Below are positions 27,942 to 42,900 of a DNA stretch of 64,000 nt, piece after piece. Origin of the DNA: Octopus vulgaris (Eukaryota); NCBI GenBank assembly GCA_951406725.2, contig OX597822.1:87544001-87608000 (forward strand). The letters run 5' to 3'. Numbering within the stretch: the stretch's first letter is position 1; every line of letters begins with the position of its first letter. The position numbers and the translations under genes are program-made. The notes beneath the pieces were generated by a model. The model ran no database searches and was not told the origin of the DNA. It saw only the letters and a list, made by a program, of their open reading frames with translations.

Positions 27942-30851
27942 TGTGTGTGTTTGTGTGTCTGTGTTTGTACCCCTAGCATTGCTTGACAACCGATGCTGGT
28001 GTGTTTATGTCCCCGTTACTTAGCAGTCCGGCAAAAGAGACTGATAGAATAAGTACTGGGCTTACAAAAGAATAAGTCCCGGGGTCAAGTTGCTCGATTA
28101 AAGGCGGTGCTCCAGCATGGCCGCAGTCAAATGACTGAAACAAGTAAAAGAGTAAAGAGTAAAAGAGATATGCTGTAGTATAACAACTCAAAATACAGAA
28201 TACTTACAGCTGCATCTTGATTGTTGACTTTCTTTAAAAGTTCCAAACAATGTTCATAGTCCCGTCCCATATCTCCAGCATTGACTAATATTTCCTGAAA
28301 ATAATACAGAAGAGATTAAAATATGACTAGATAATATTTTTCCATCAATTCTAAATATAATGCTTAACCTTTCTTGGAGTTATATCCCTTCCAAATTGCC
28401 CCTATTTTAGACCAACCAATCACTACCCTATTGTAATTCAGATAAATATTAGATGTAGCAACCACATTATTACAGTAATATCCTAGCCTAAAAAAAAAAA
28501 AAAAGACTAATAACTTCTTCACCAGATTAATGAATTTAAGAAACAAAAACCTAGAGAGGAACAAATTTATTTGGAAATATTTTCCAGACATACAGAATGT
28601 TGGTTATTAAAGTAGCAAGCACAATGGCATAAAATTTTATTCTCAGTGGTTAGTTTTAACTTATTCTTGTTTTATTTATTAAGAAGGTTGAGGTCTACAA
28701 ACAATTTTACCCTGATAGAAACAAGTTTATGGAACTAAGTATTAATTAAACAATATCCAGGATATATTTATATTATTGGTAATCTCAACAAGGCCAGGCA
28801 AAGGCAAGTCTTAGAAAATTTTGGGAATATCATCGAATATATAGAAAAGGGAAATTAAATAGCTGATGTATATTATATAGTTTATCTTCTGCCATTTCCA
28901 TTGCTATCATTGTAAATTATAGACTTGCACTGGTCAAATAATTTTAGGGAGTCTCTTTAAATAACAGAACTATTTCTTCCTTAATCAAGTACAATCCATA
29001 ATTATGATCTTGGGAGCAACCAGGTTTGGCTACAAGAGAGCAGTATCTCCATCTCACCAACATCAATATTTTCCAATAATAACAAAGATTACTAAATACT
29101 TGGAATGAACTAATGAGCAAGTTCCTATATGGTTTCTATAACTGCTAGAAATAGTAACTAAATACCCTTCAATTCCTACACTACTGTCTTTAAAAAAATT
29201 AAGAATAGGCATAGGAGTGGCTGTGTGGTAAGTAGCTTGCTTAACAATTACACAGTTCTGGGTTCAGTCCCATTGCGTGGCACCTTGGGCAAGTGTGTTC
29301 TACTATACCCTCGGGCTGACCAAAGCCTTGTGAGTGGATTCGGTAGACGGAAACTGAAAGAAGCCCGTCGTATATATATATGTGTGTGTGTATGTGTGTG
29401 TGTGTGTGTGTATATGTTTGTGTGTCTGTGTTTGTCCCCCCAACATCGCTTGACAACCGATGGGGGTGTGTTTACGTCCCCGTAACAGTTCGGTAAAAGA
29501 GGCCGATAGAATAAGTACTAGGCTTACAAAGAATAATTCCTGGGGTTGATTTGCTCGACTAAAAAGGCAATGCTCCAGCATGGCCACAGTCAAATGACTA
29601 AAACAAATACAAGAGTTAAAAAAAAACATTAGACAATGTAGTCTTAGATCCATAAAAGATAGGATTATCTTGGCAAGAACACCTCTGATCATGGGTCTGC
29701 CCAGTCATAACTGACTATGAACAACCATTAAAAATAACAGCCAAACTTCCCTCAAATCTCACGATTGTCTTTAAAGAGTTGGTCAAACTGATAATATGGT
29801 CCTGAGTGTACACCATAGGAATTTTAAAAAGAAAAAGGAATAAAATGGCCACATCTTAAATAACTTAAATCAGGTTGATTGGTAATTAACCTAGGCTAAG
29901 CAACTTTTGGCTAATTTCTTTGAAGATACACAATTAAAATTACCTTTTCTCTCATCCAAGCATTCACTTTCTCAATCTGCTCATAGAAGCTAAGAAGATC
30001 CCGAGCTGCTTCCAATCCTTTGCCTCGGCTCTCTGCTGCATGCAATAAGTTGTTCCATTTACTGGTCATAGAGTTGATAGATTGCTGAATCTCTTGTTTC
30101 TGATAATTCTTCTTAATTAATGCCTCTCCATTCTGAGTCATAATAATTTCAATTCAATAAAGAAAAAGAAACATGTATTAATTTTACAAGTAATTTGTAG
30201 CGTGAAGACAACAATTTGTGGAATCTTCAGGCAACACTTCAAAACTGATCGGCAAAGTAAATTTAGCAATTATATTTTACAATATATATTGACTACTTTT
30301 TCACTCATTTGTTTAATATATATTATATATATGGTTTTTACGCCCTTCCAAACATCAGCCACTTTACGTGGACTAAGGAATTTTTAGGTGACACCATCAC
30401 TAGTGAGGTCATTATACAGCTCGCAAGACTAAGATCTCCTTCACATAGATCTCCTACAGTAGAGAGAAGTGGATTTAAGTTAGGAGATGAGGTTTTTTAT
30501 TTGGAAAAGCTAGTTGGCTACTTGCATTATAAAAGAGAGGGTGGGAGTGGTTAGGATGGAGCTGGAAATAGATGGAAAATAGTGGTGAGGAGGAATCAGG
30601 GTGGACCCTCAAGATACAAGGTAAGAAGAATTGAGAAGAGTATGGGAGATGGCAAGAGATGGGGAATGAGTGAGAGGCTGAATAGAATGATAAGTAGAGA
30701 AGATTAGAGTTGATGGGTGAATGGTGGAAGGGAGGGGGTAACCAATGATATATGAGGTGGGGGGGAGATAGTAGAGAGGAGATGATGACTGACTGCAGAA
30801 AGAGGGTGAAGAGAGACAGAACGGTGAAAGTGATATGGTAGAGAAGGAACG

Positions 30852-30905
<54 letters not shown>

Positions 30906-33900
30906 ATAATTTGTTGGTTCGGTAGAATAATCAATGCACAATGTGGGTGGAAAGGATACTATTGAGAATGAAGGATGGATATTAAATGAACTGGTTCTGG
31001 GTAGTCAGAAAGACAAATGGCATCAGAGAGAAGCTAGAGATGTGTTTAGTTCTACCTATATTTAATTATAGCATCAGAATACTGCAGTAAGAGATATCAC
31101 AAACAATTCACAGCTAAAATGTTACAGTAATGATAGCCCATTACATATTTTTTCATCTATTCTCAGTAATTAACTAATTCAATAGCATATTCTCTTGGTC
31201 ATTTTGCACATACCTTATAAATTAAGAAAATCTGTTTTGCTACAACATAGTAATTTGCACAAATTGGAACAATTTCAAAGAAATATTGGAAACAGACCTG
31301 CTTTGTCTTTTCTATCCTATCAGTGTTGGCATATATTTCTGAAACAAATGCTTGGTGTTTCTGCAGTTTCTTCAGTTTTACATTAAGATCAGTAGTATCC
31401 TTAACAACATCATCATCAACAGCAACTTTCAGCTTATCATCCATCCAGTTTTCAAGCTATAATATAGATAATGAAGACAACTTTTGTTTTTCATAATATA
31501 CTGATAGTATAATAACAATACATGAAGCTACTAAACATATTAATAAACAGTTCCAAGATTTCATCATTCGAACATACAACATATCTTTAAGTTGAATTCA
31601 ATGAGATCTGCAAGAATTCATTGAATTCAATGCAAAGTTTAAAAGCATTTAGTCAATGCCAAATAATCCCCACATCCTCCAGATAGTAAAAAAGTCCAGC
31701 AGACATAATATTTCTAGAATATCTGGTAATTACTAATTCCTGACACAGCATCAATTTATGTACACTAGATTACCAGAAAAAACCCACAAAACATCCAATG
31801 GGTATAAATTCACAATCTGTGAGTTCATAGAATAACATGATCCACTTGTCCATTAAAAATTACATATTCAACTAAAGGTTACCTCTGGAGATGAAATAGC
31901 TGAGATGCACTAGGTTGAAAAAATTGTCAATACTGATGTAAACGATAGCTACCAGTGACTGGTTTGGTTTACATTCTGAATGGCTTCATCAAAGAAGAAA
32001 AGGTGGCACTTTCAAGGACTACGACTGGTGAGAGGAAGGATGGAAGTTATTCTGAGCCTAATGGCATTGCCTAAATGCTTACAATAGAGTGAAATCTGCT
32101 AAAGTGCCCAAAGGCCAGGTAAGAGTATTAAACTAGGCAACATACAAGTGATCCTTTGGTTCACTGAGGAAGCCTTTATGCTCTTGCTTGACTTTCCCAG
32201 ACAAAGCCCAACAAATCTCCCTCAAATCACAGCCTTCAGTATTACAAGAGAAGAAGAAACATTCTAGATATTATAGCTGTAAAGAGATGCCTGGGAAAAA
32301 AATGGGATAAATATGGTTGGAATACTTTTGATCATTGATCTGCTCTGTTAGGACTGATCTGGAGGTAAAAAAGAAACGAAGATGAAACATGATCCAGAGC
32401 TAATATGGTTAAACAATATTGTTTAACCATACTTGATAGGCAGACCCAGCAAAAGAAGATGAAACCAATGTACAATTCATTGAGAAGCAGTCACATTATT
32501 CTTTCATATGCAACAAAATTACCTCATCTTGGTCTCTTTTAAAACGGAAGTAACCTAAGGAATTCTGCAGATTTTCTTTCCTGGCATTACATTGGTTTTT
32601 TATGGCTTTTCTCCTACAAAAGGAAATAAACAGAAGATTAATACATAAATTATGTATAATAAGCAATGTGATGATCAAAAATTAGATCTCTTGATTATTT
32701 CTCTTCAAGACAACTGTCTGGACAATCATCTATATTTCCAAGATTGAGTATTCATGAGGGTACAAGATATTCTAACAGAGTTACTTTAAACAAAAATACA
32801 CCTAAAACTATAAAGTCAAATTCTTCAATCTTATATGAACTGCAGCAGGGTATAATATCAATTAAGATGATATGACAGCCAAAAATGTTTAATATTTCTG
32901 ATACCTGACAATTGTAAAAATGAGAGTATGAAGTGGTATTAAGTCTGAGACTACATGGGATCATTATGATAGTGTAAAATACTTTATGGAATGTTTTTAA
33001 CTAAACAGTGTTAAGTAGTCTTTAATTAAACAGTTGTCCAGTCATCTCTTAGCATAAACTGTCCTGTTTTGCAGTAATGAAGGAGCCTTTATGAAGTAAT
33101 TAGACCTGCTACAAACAGCAGCCCAATATCTCTAAGATCACACCCTTGTATGCTAAGAATAATAATGTAACCTTCCTAGATACATTATAGCTGAAACAAA
33201 AGACGGGATAGTCAATGCCTTTGATGAAAGGTCAGTTTAATCAGGACTGACCTGTGGTTAAAGAATAATCCTTACATCCTTATGGTATCTATTTATAACT
33301 ACATGGAGTGAGTCAGCAAAAGACTTTAGTAATGGCTGCAGCACAGTATCAATGGTAAAATATGGTACTGACACTAACCAACTGTCACTCTTGTACACAA
33401 TGTGAACCAAAAGAATATTTCTATGCCTGACTTTAAAGAAATAGTAGATAAATCTCTCTCAACCACATACTATTTTGTTAAAAAAGGAACATTAGATACA
33501 CTGTCTTGAAAAAATATAAAAATAAAAAAGGTGGTCATGCCTGGAATGCTTTGGATCCAAAATGGTTGTCAAGCTGGAAAACAATAAATTATCAAAATAA
33601 CAGAAGAAAAAATTAGAAATTAGAACAAAAATGTCAGAAATACCTTTTTATGACAGCCTCCAATGGAGCTTCAATATCAGAAGATACATGTTTATTTTTC
33701 AGCAGTTCTTTAGCTTGGCACTTGACACTTTCCAACTGAAAACAGGTTAATAGAACTATAGCTAGAGAAATGATCAAGGTCAATTCTTTTACAATATGAA
33801 CAATTGAAAATTACAGTTAATTAGTTAATTTCTTTGATCAGTTCTTCAAGCATTAAATGAAGTTAAGAATGCACATAATTACATTGTGTATTTTTTATGC

Positions 33901-36900
33901 AGAAAAGAAAAAAATGCCTTTTCAAATAGCACATACTTTTTCATCCTGAGCAACAACCAAATTTTCAAAGTCTGCATGCTTACGAGCAAGAGTTTCTGCT
34001 TCTTCTACATTCAGACCACAATCAGAAGTGTTGAGAGAAGCCTGAAACAAAATTTTAAATTGTGATGACAATTACCAAATACGTCCAACCCATGCCAGCA
34101 TGGAAAACAGACATTAAACAACGATGATGATGATGTTATTATAATACAGAGTCACAAAAGACATAAAATGTAAAAATATTCTTATATACATTTGATGCCT
34201 TCAACAGCAATCTATGTATTTCTGATTCGCTTCAGCTTATAGATTTTAAGTCCATTTGAATATTTTCAAATTTACAATGAAATTATGAAAATGTCTTCAG
34301 CTGACCCAGTAGTTGAATGTTTGAAGTTTCTACTCAACTATAAAGTTTTAATCATAATAAAAAAAAAAAATGAAGAAAACCCAATTATGAAATAGCATTT
34401 TGTACAGAGGTAACAAACGGACTTCTGATATTATCTTTTCAAATCCAAATTAGTTAGAAGTATCAATAGTCTTAACACAATTCTAAATTGTTTTATGAGG
34501 GAGTATCTATCTACTTATATAGTCATTCAAATAATTAGAACAGAATCCAAATCACACACCACCTTCTTAAAAAGTATACTTAAAACGACAGGGTGTGATT
34601 TGTTATCCAAAATTCATCTAAGGTAAATGTTTGAAAATATAAAGGTTGGTCATTGCTGGAATGCCTTTGACAATGAATCTGCTCAATGAATCTGGAGCTA
34701 AACAACAACTAGACCATAGTTAGAATAATTTTCGTAAAGTAACATGTTAACTGATAGACAAATAGTTTACAATAAACTGATAAGTTATCTAAAAAAAAAA
34801 AAAGAAAAAAACTAATAAAAAATATTTAGCTGAAATATTTTAAGTGAAAAATATGTGAAGGGAAAAAAATTCCGTACCTCTTGAGAAGAAGCAATTCTGT
34901 TTAATTGATTGGTATCTCTTAAAAAGACATGTAAACCATGAAGCTGGTTGTTGTATTGTTTGCGTTCATCCCACAAAGTATTAAGTCTGTCTTGAGTTAA
35001 AAGAATTTGATCAACCTTTTCCTGAATCTGAGGGGGGAAAAATAAAAAAGGAAACTTTTCAAGGCAAGGAACTTTTGTGCCAAGTATTTCTCTTTCCACA
35101 GTGGAGCAGAATCACAGCAGAGCATCCAGTCATTATAGAAATGTGGGTTCACAGCCCATCAAAAATGTACAGGCTCACCAGAGGGAAACAAACTCAGTGA
35201 AGAGGCACATTCTCACAGGTGCATTGTGTTACACAAACAATCTGCTTGAAATATAGTTTTAATCACATAATACTCATGTTAAATTAACAAAAAAAAAAAA
35301 GAACATAAATATTTTCCATGTTAACAATCAAATCTTTGATCAAATAGATCTAAACAACAGAATATGATTAGTAGTGAATCTCAAATGAGGCCATGGATGA
35401 CATGTCTCTACTACAGTGCCCAGGTATCCTTCCTGTGTTACTAGGACCTACAACCTCTACATTTATATGCATCTTTAAAGATCTATAAGTAGTGGAACAG
35501 TAAAATTTTTCTTTGAGAACCGATGTGGCTTTTATTTATAATTGAAGTTTATTTTTGACTATGTAAAGCACAAACCAATTTTTGCGAAACAGGGTGAAAT
35601 AGAGGAAATTTCCTACAGTTTGTTACTGGTAATAATTTACCTCCAGAAAGATGAATGGCAAGTCAACCTCAGTGAGATCTGAACTGCCAACAAAGAAATG
35701 AAACTACAAACTCTGAAACATTAAGTCCATCATTCCCCCTGTTCATTTACATTTAAATAATAATTGCTTTATTGGCCACAAAGACCGTTACTTTACTTGT
35801 ACTTGTGGCAACATTCACCCTGGGCAGGTTGAGTCGGCTTCTTCTACCACCCTCAAGGCATCTTGAACCACAGCAGCCCACGCACGACGGTCCTGCACCA
35901 GTTCACTGGAGATAGCAAGCCAGTCATGGTTCCAACAGTGCAGGCCGACCTGCAGTGCTCACCTGCAGACCCGTGAGCACGGAGAGGTCCTCCTTGATCG
36001 TCCGTAGCCCAGGTCTTCAGCTGCCCACCAGTTGGAAAGTGGAGTTGGGAGAAGGACATCACAGCTCAGTTTACCCACCGGATGCCTACATACATGGCCA
36101 AACCACCGCAAGCGCCGTTGCAGAAGGACAGATGGAAGGGGGCGTAGAGACAGGCGAAGTCGGAGATTGGAAAAACAAAGACCTAAAATGCTGGGGAGAG
36201 TATTGAGGCTTCAGACTGAGAAAATAGCAAAATAACAAAGAAACATCTAAAAATGGAGGTAACTCAGGATCAACCAAGGAAACTCATAAATCTATGATTT
36301 CCCTGAAAGCCACAGTCAAGTATCTTTCCCAGACTGTTATTCTCTGACTTACAAATACAATAGAAGAGCAAGCCCATTATCTTGGGCCAGATTTGCTACT
36401 CCCACTCAACTTTCAATAAATTTATTGGGCAAGAGAACAACTCCCTCTCCACCCTTACTTTCTTCAAGTGAAACTTGAAGATGCCAAAGAAAACTTGGCC
36501 AAAAAGTGTCTCAGTCCTTTCATTTGCATCCAACACACAATTTCTTTCACCACAGTATTTACATTTAATATTAATAAACTATAGAAGATCATACATACCT
36601 CTGCTTTTGCATAATGGTTATTGTCAATCATTTGGGCTCCTTCGTCAGCAACTTGAAGAAATATATCCTGACGAGCATCAATCTCAGCTTTCAGTTCATT
36701 ATGCCGGTTCTCTAATTGAAGTACAGCTTGTAAATCTCTGACTTGAGTTTTAGAGCTCATTTCCCGTTCAATTTCAGAAGCCCAACCAAGAAGTTCTCGC
36801 ACCTTTATGACAGAACAATTAAACAGTTTGTAATGAAAATACATTAAAAATTATACATCAAAATTTAAAGTATCCAGTAATCAAACAGTTGTCTTTGAAA

Positions 36901-39900
36901 TAGATATTTTTCTTATATTGTGATTTTATAATGTAGCAAATAGAATATTTCTGAATTATTGTAAATAGTTCGAAGATCCATGCAGTGAAAATAATTCTAA
37001 GACTTGAACATGATACCAAAACCACATCAGAAACAGTATACAGCTCCTAGATACATAGAGAGCAGTAAACAATTCACAGATGCTGCAGAGAATAGTAAAC
37101 AGTTGAGACATCACAAAGAATAGTCCAAAGATAGATGGAGAACATGAAAAATTTCACGATATAACATAAAACAATTTGGAGTTCCAAGATACCATAAGCA
37201 CTAGTACAGACTTCCAAGAGTTCATATGGAACTGTACACACTGGAAAGTAGTACAAAGTTCCTAGACTAATGTGAAATTGGTATAGTTTCCAAACCCATA
37301 AGGAAATGGTACATAATGGAATTATTGACTCTTCTCATGAATCTTGGCACTCTGTCAAAAGGAATTTATTTCTGATTATCTAAGCAACAAACAAATACTA
37401 ATTACTCTGTAAAAAAAAAATTACAAAAACACATTTTCTAAGTGGAGTGAATTTTGACTTTATTTTCTATAAATATTTTGCTAGTACTTTGTGAATCACA
37501 AGGATTCATAGCATCATTGCAGTTTCTGAAGAAATAAGCAAATGAAGGATAAACTCTCTCATTCTGAGATAAGATGCTGAACTTAGGTAATTTTTACTGT
37601 GCATTGTATTGAACTCAGTATTGCAAATTAATAAATTACAGTGAACTCATAAGCAAGCTTCTAAACAGGACTAAACCTTAAAAAATTGCAACTAAATCTT
37701 TCTGAAATATAGCTTTCAAAAATAGTTCAGTACAAAGGACAAAGTAATTCTGAAAAGAAGACATGGCTGAAGAATAAATACTTGATACATATTTCTCTCA
37801 TATGTTTGAATATATTGAGACTGACAGAAGCTACAACTTCACACCAAGTGGGTTTGAAAATCTCAAAGTCTTCAAAATACTCACTTAAACTCTAGCAGAC
37901 AACAGCATTTACAATGTCTCAATAGATTCATTTAACTCATACTAGTCTTGGAAAATGAATGTCAAAATAAAAGAAATAACAAATGTGTAATATTATTATT
38001 AAGGTGGCAAACTGGCAGAATCAAAATACTTAGTGCCATTTCGCCTATCATCATGTTCTGAATTCAAATTCTTCTAAGATTCATTTTGCCTGACATCCTT
38101 TTGGGGGTAGATGTAATCAACTGGTTCCCTCTCCCAAAATTTAAGGCCTTGTGACTATAGTAGAAAGGATTATTATTATTATTAACAAAGTGGCAAGCTA
38201 CCAGAATGAATCATTAGCACATTGTCAAAAAAAAAATGCTTAAAAGCTTAGCAGCAGTCTTTACATTCTGAGTTCAAATTCTGCCAAGGTTGACTTTGCC
38301 TTTCATCTTTTTGGGGTTGATAAAATAAGTATCAGTTAAACAGGAGGGGGGGGGGGGCTAATGTAATTAACTTACCTCTGCTTTCAAAAACTGCTGGCCC
38401 TGAGCCAAAATTTGAAGCCATCGAGGTCGACTTTGCCTTTCATCCTTTCAAGGTCAATGAAATAAGTACCAGTAATGCACTGGAGTCTATATAATCGACT
38501 ATCCCCCACCCCCAAATTTCAGGCCTTGTGCCTTTAGAAGGATTATTATTCATGATGTGCATGAATGTCTTACATTCAGGATCAAACCAGGCCACAACCA
38601 GTTTCCTCAGACATCAAGGACCTTTCTTACAATCCTGAATTAATGCAACTCTGGTAGTTACACTAATCACAATAAAGGAACTGCCAAGTCTATTAGTGAT
38701 AGTACGTAGGGCACCTATAAAAACTGGGATGACTTTCGTGGACACCCTCCACAGTACACTTTTTACCCCACCTTGTCTAAATTCAACTTTGACTTTCATC
38801 TTTCTGCAAGTCAAGTATTGCACTCCATGGTACTGACCAATTCATCTTCTCAAAACTGCTGCCCTTCTGTCTAAGTTAAAAATAGTTACTTTTTTTTTTT
38901 TTTTTAAATCTATTTTTTAATCAGGTAGAAAATTCTAGATAAACTTACTGAAGTCTGAAAATGATGGTAATTAGCAGCTGCAGCTAGTTTCTCTTTGCGT
39001 AACTCTGCCATTTCTTGTAATTCACTCCACTTAGCAAGGATTTCTTGCTTAGAACTAATAATGCTATTTCTTAGCTCCTCAGAAGTATAGACTTTTAGCA
39101 AATGAGAAGAATCATCCATCAGTACTTGAAGCTGTGGAGAGAGAAAAAAAGTCATTGGCATGCAAAATATATGTCTCACAAGACATGCAACACTTCTTGG
39201 AATAAAGATCTTGAAATTATTCAAAAGTAGATTGATGGGAGAAGTTGACTGAACTGAAGTCCATGATTGAGGGGAACATAGTGATAGTTGATAACTGCAT
39301 TTTACCTGTGCTTCTAAAGCCATCAGATCATTTTCAAACACTTCATGTCTCTTTTGGTAACTTGCAGTTGTTTGCATGTCTCTGCCAAGGTCATCAGGAA
39401 TGCTGCTTCGTTTTTCCTGCAAATATATTTGCCAATATTAGCATTTCAATCTCCATAGTAAATAAACAAAGAAATAATTTCTTATACATAAATGAGACCT
39501 TCTAATAAATATTTGTTCATGGAACTGCTGCTATTGGTTTGGTCATTTTATTCAGCTAAACCATTAAAACATTACTATATTATTTTAAAAGTATAATAGT
39601 GATGATAACCAAACCACACCCAGTGACTGAGTGAGCCCAGTCCCTACAGAGTGACTAGGAGAAAGAAGTTATAAGTTTCAGAATCTCAGAACAAATGAGA
39701 TGCAAATTTCTTCTTGAAGAACATTATCTGTCACACGGTAATTCTTTCAAATGGAGAAGTAGTTACTTTCCAGTTAAAGTAGGATAAAACTAGAGTGGAT
39801 TGCCTTGCTATAAGAAAAATGTTTGTTGTAGAATACCAACTCATAACACTGCATTACAAATGGAAATGCCTTAGTTATCTAATTATATCCAAATCTTTTT

Positions 39901-42900
39901 TTTTTTTACTTGTTTCAGTCAGTTGACTGCGGCCATGCTGGAGCACCGCCTTTAGTCGAGTAACTCGATCCCGGGACTTATTCTTTGTAAGCCCAGTACT
40001 TATTCTATCGGTCTTTTTTGCTGAACCGCTAAGTGACGGGGACATAAACACACCAGCATCGGTTGTCAAGCAATGCTAGGGGACAAACACAGACACACAA
40101 ACGTACACGCACACATATATATATACGATGGGCTTCTTTCAGTTTCCGTCTACCAAATCCACTCACAAGGCTTTGGTCGGCCCGAGGCTATAGTAGAAGA
40201 CACTTGCCCAAGGTGCCACGCAGTGGGACTGAACCCGGAACCATGTGGTTGGTAGGCAAGCTATTTACCACACAGCCACTCCTGCGCCTAACTTTAAATA
40301 AAATACCCTGATAAATTCTTACCTGGATTCTATCAAGAGCATCAGCAACATCCCGACTGAAACGGTGCAGCTGACTTGCAGCACGCAGCTTTTCTTGACG
40401 TGTTTCTATTTGAACCAGCAACTGATTCCAAGAGTCTCTGCAAAATATAAGACATTATAGATAAGGTACTGAGATATTGGTACCGAGTAGAAACAAACAA
40501 GATAAAAAGACCAAGTCAATATAAATTGAATGATAATGATGTAAACCAGTGAAAATAACCAGAAGATCAGTAGATCATCATCATTGCACTTTTCCATGCT
40601 TGCACGAGTGACGAGAAATATGTTGAGGTAGACTTTCTCTGGCTGGATGCTCTTCCTGTTGCCATGTTTCCAGAGACATTATTTCCCCATGCCCTATGCA
40701 TGTTTTCACAGAAGATAGGAAGTGAAGAACACCATTTGCATGACAGTAACACAGGCTCACAAATATCACAAGGCAAAAAGACAGTGACACACACATATGT
40801 AGATACAGCAGGCTTCTTCCAGTTTCCCTTCTATCAAATCCACTGACAAGGCTTTGGTCAACCTAGGGCTATAGCAGAAGACACTTGTCTAAGGTGCCAC
40901 ACAGTGAGTCTGAACCTCAAACCATCTGGCTGAGAAGCAAAATTTCTTACCTACACACAGACATGAGTGTACCTAGGAGTAGTTAAAAAAATTTGATTTT
41001 GGAATGGAAACCTTTGCAGTATTGAGGCTAAGATCATTTCTGTTTTCATTTCCTGCAAATATTAATACAAGATTAATATTTGTAGGAGTGGATTAGAACC
41101 AGTAATTTACAGAAAATGTTCTTATATGAACCAAAAAGATGAAATATCAAGTCATCTATGTAAGGCATAGAAGAATGTAACCAAATATTCCAAGTTATTT
41201 TAATTAAACATATAATTTCTGCAAATCAGAAAAATTTTTTTTTTTTAATTCAACTTTGGAGAGGAACAAAAAATCTAACTTATCATTTCTATAATTTTGA
41301 AAATTAAGCTGCTTAAATTATTATTTAAAAATAAATTCAAATTATCCCAGAAATTAACAAAAAGGGTTTTTAAAAAAAATTTCTTGTCTAAAAAGATTAC
41401 ACTTCTTTAGCTATCTCTCTCTTGACCTCAGCTTTGATATGGGTTGTAGCATTAGATATCTTAAGTAGATTTTCCAAGCAATTAAACAAACTCTGAAATT
41501 TAATCATGCAGTTGAAAAAACATATACAGAGCTATTTATAACATAATATTGATGGGTGATGGAAAGTTCTAACAATTCAGGCTTTGTATAAACTGTTAAA
41601 ATAGAGGCTTCAGTTTATTATAATTTTAATAACTTCTGGATTTTTTTTTTGGGGGGGGAGGGATATTTTATTCATCTTAGAATTCAAGATTTGTCTTTAA
41701 GCATGACAAGAGAAAACACACTCACGCTAAACTTTCTTGTTTCTTGCGAACTTCATTGGCATATGGTCCATCTGCTTCTATTAACAAACCAGCAAGTTTG
41801 TCACATCGATTGAAACGTTCAACACCTGCTTCAATATTCCACTTAAATTCATCAAATTTACCTTGCAATACCTGGATAGTATAAATCATTGAAGTAGTGG
41901 TAAGAAAATTTCAACTAAAAAATATCAAGATTACCTTCCGGGCTGTGATGACTTAAGTATATGAATAAATTGTATGTGAGTTACATGAAAAATATAAACA
42001 AAGGTCAATTATTAAGGGAAAACTAGGAAGCTTGAGATTTTTAGGAAATAGTAGACAGGGTACATATTTTGAGGATTTCATAACGTAAATCAAAATGCCT
42101 TCAAAATGTTTTGGAATCGAAGCTAAATTGTGAAGAGAATAAAGAAGGTTTGTATATTCATGACCATCAATGAACAAATATAAAATAATCTTGAAAATTT
42201 ATAAATGTTAACTTTCTACAAATGAAACCAAAAACAGAAGTAGACAAAACCAACTGAGTAAATCTGAGAGATTTCATTTGGAGATATAAAATAGATTGCT
42301 AATGTGATGATTAAAAACATTTAAAAGTTTAAAACTTTACTCAGCTTATCGTTTAACAAAACAAATTCTACTTGTAACAAGCAAGTTAATATATAATTCT
42401 ATTTCAGAACAGAAAAAGGGAAATAGCTAATTATAAAACATCATATAAAGTAATAGGTAAATAATCTAATACTTGAAAGTGCTCGGATTCTTTCTTCATA
42501 AACTTACTTCAAAATGTTCATAATCTTCTCCATATTCCTCCAAAGAAGCTATCTGCATCTGTTCTGCAATCCATTCTTCACAGTCTGCATGTTCTCTCCG
42601 GAACGCATGAATGTTTTTCGACTCTTCCAGTTTAACACGTCGCTCAGCTGAGAGCTGTTTCAGTTTATTCAACATATCGTACAGACCATCCTAAATGGAC
42701 AAGTTATTAATTGATTAGAAAAAAAAAAACATGTAAAAGACTGTCAACAAATAAATAGAATATAACTGTTGTGATATATTTTACAAATCAATATTACATT
42801 TATAAAACAATAAAAAAAAAAAAATTTCAACCTTTGTATTTATTGTAGAGTTTTAACTATTTACTCAATAAAGTGAGTGAATATGAGTGAGTGAGTGAAT

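Noticed and set aside
27771-29692. Recurrent ORFs with SVYQIHSQGFGRPEAIVEDTCPRCHAVG-type peptides (also near 40073)
   Set aside because: Spurious translations of SINE family A copies, not a gene family.
31592-31630. 13-bp inverted repeat TTGAATTCAATGA / TCATTGAATTCAA
   Set aside because: Short, AT-rich and built on a self-palindromic core; compatible with chance or micro-duplication.
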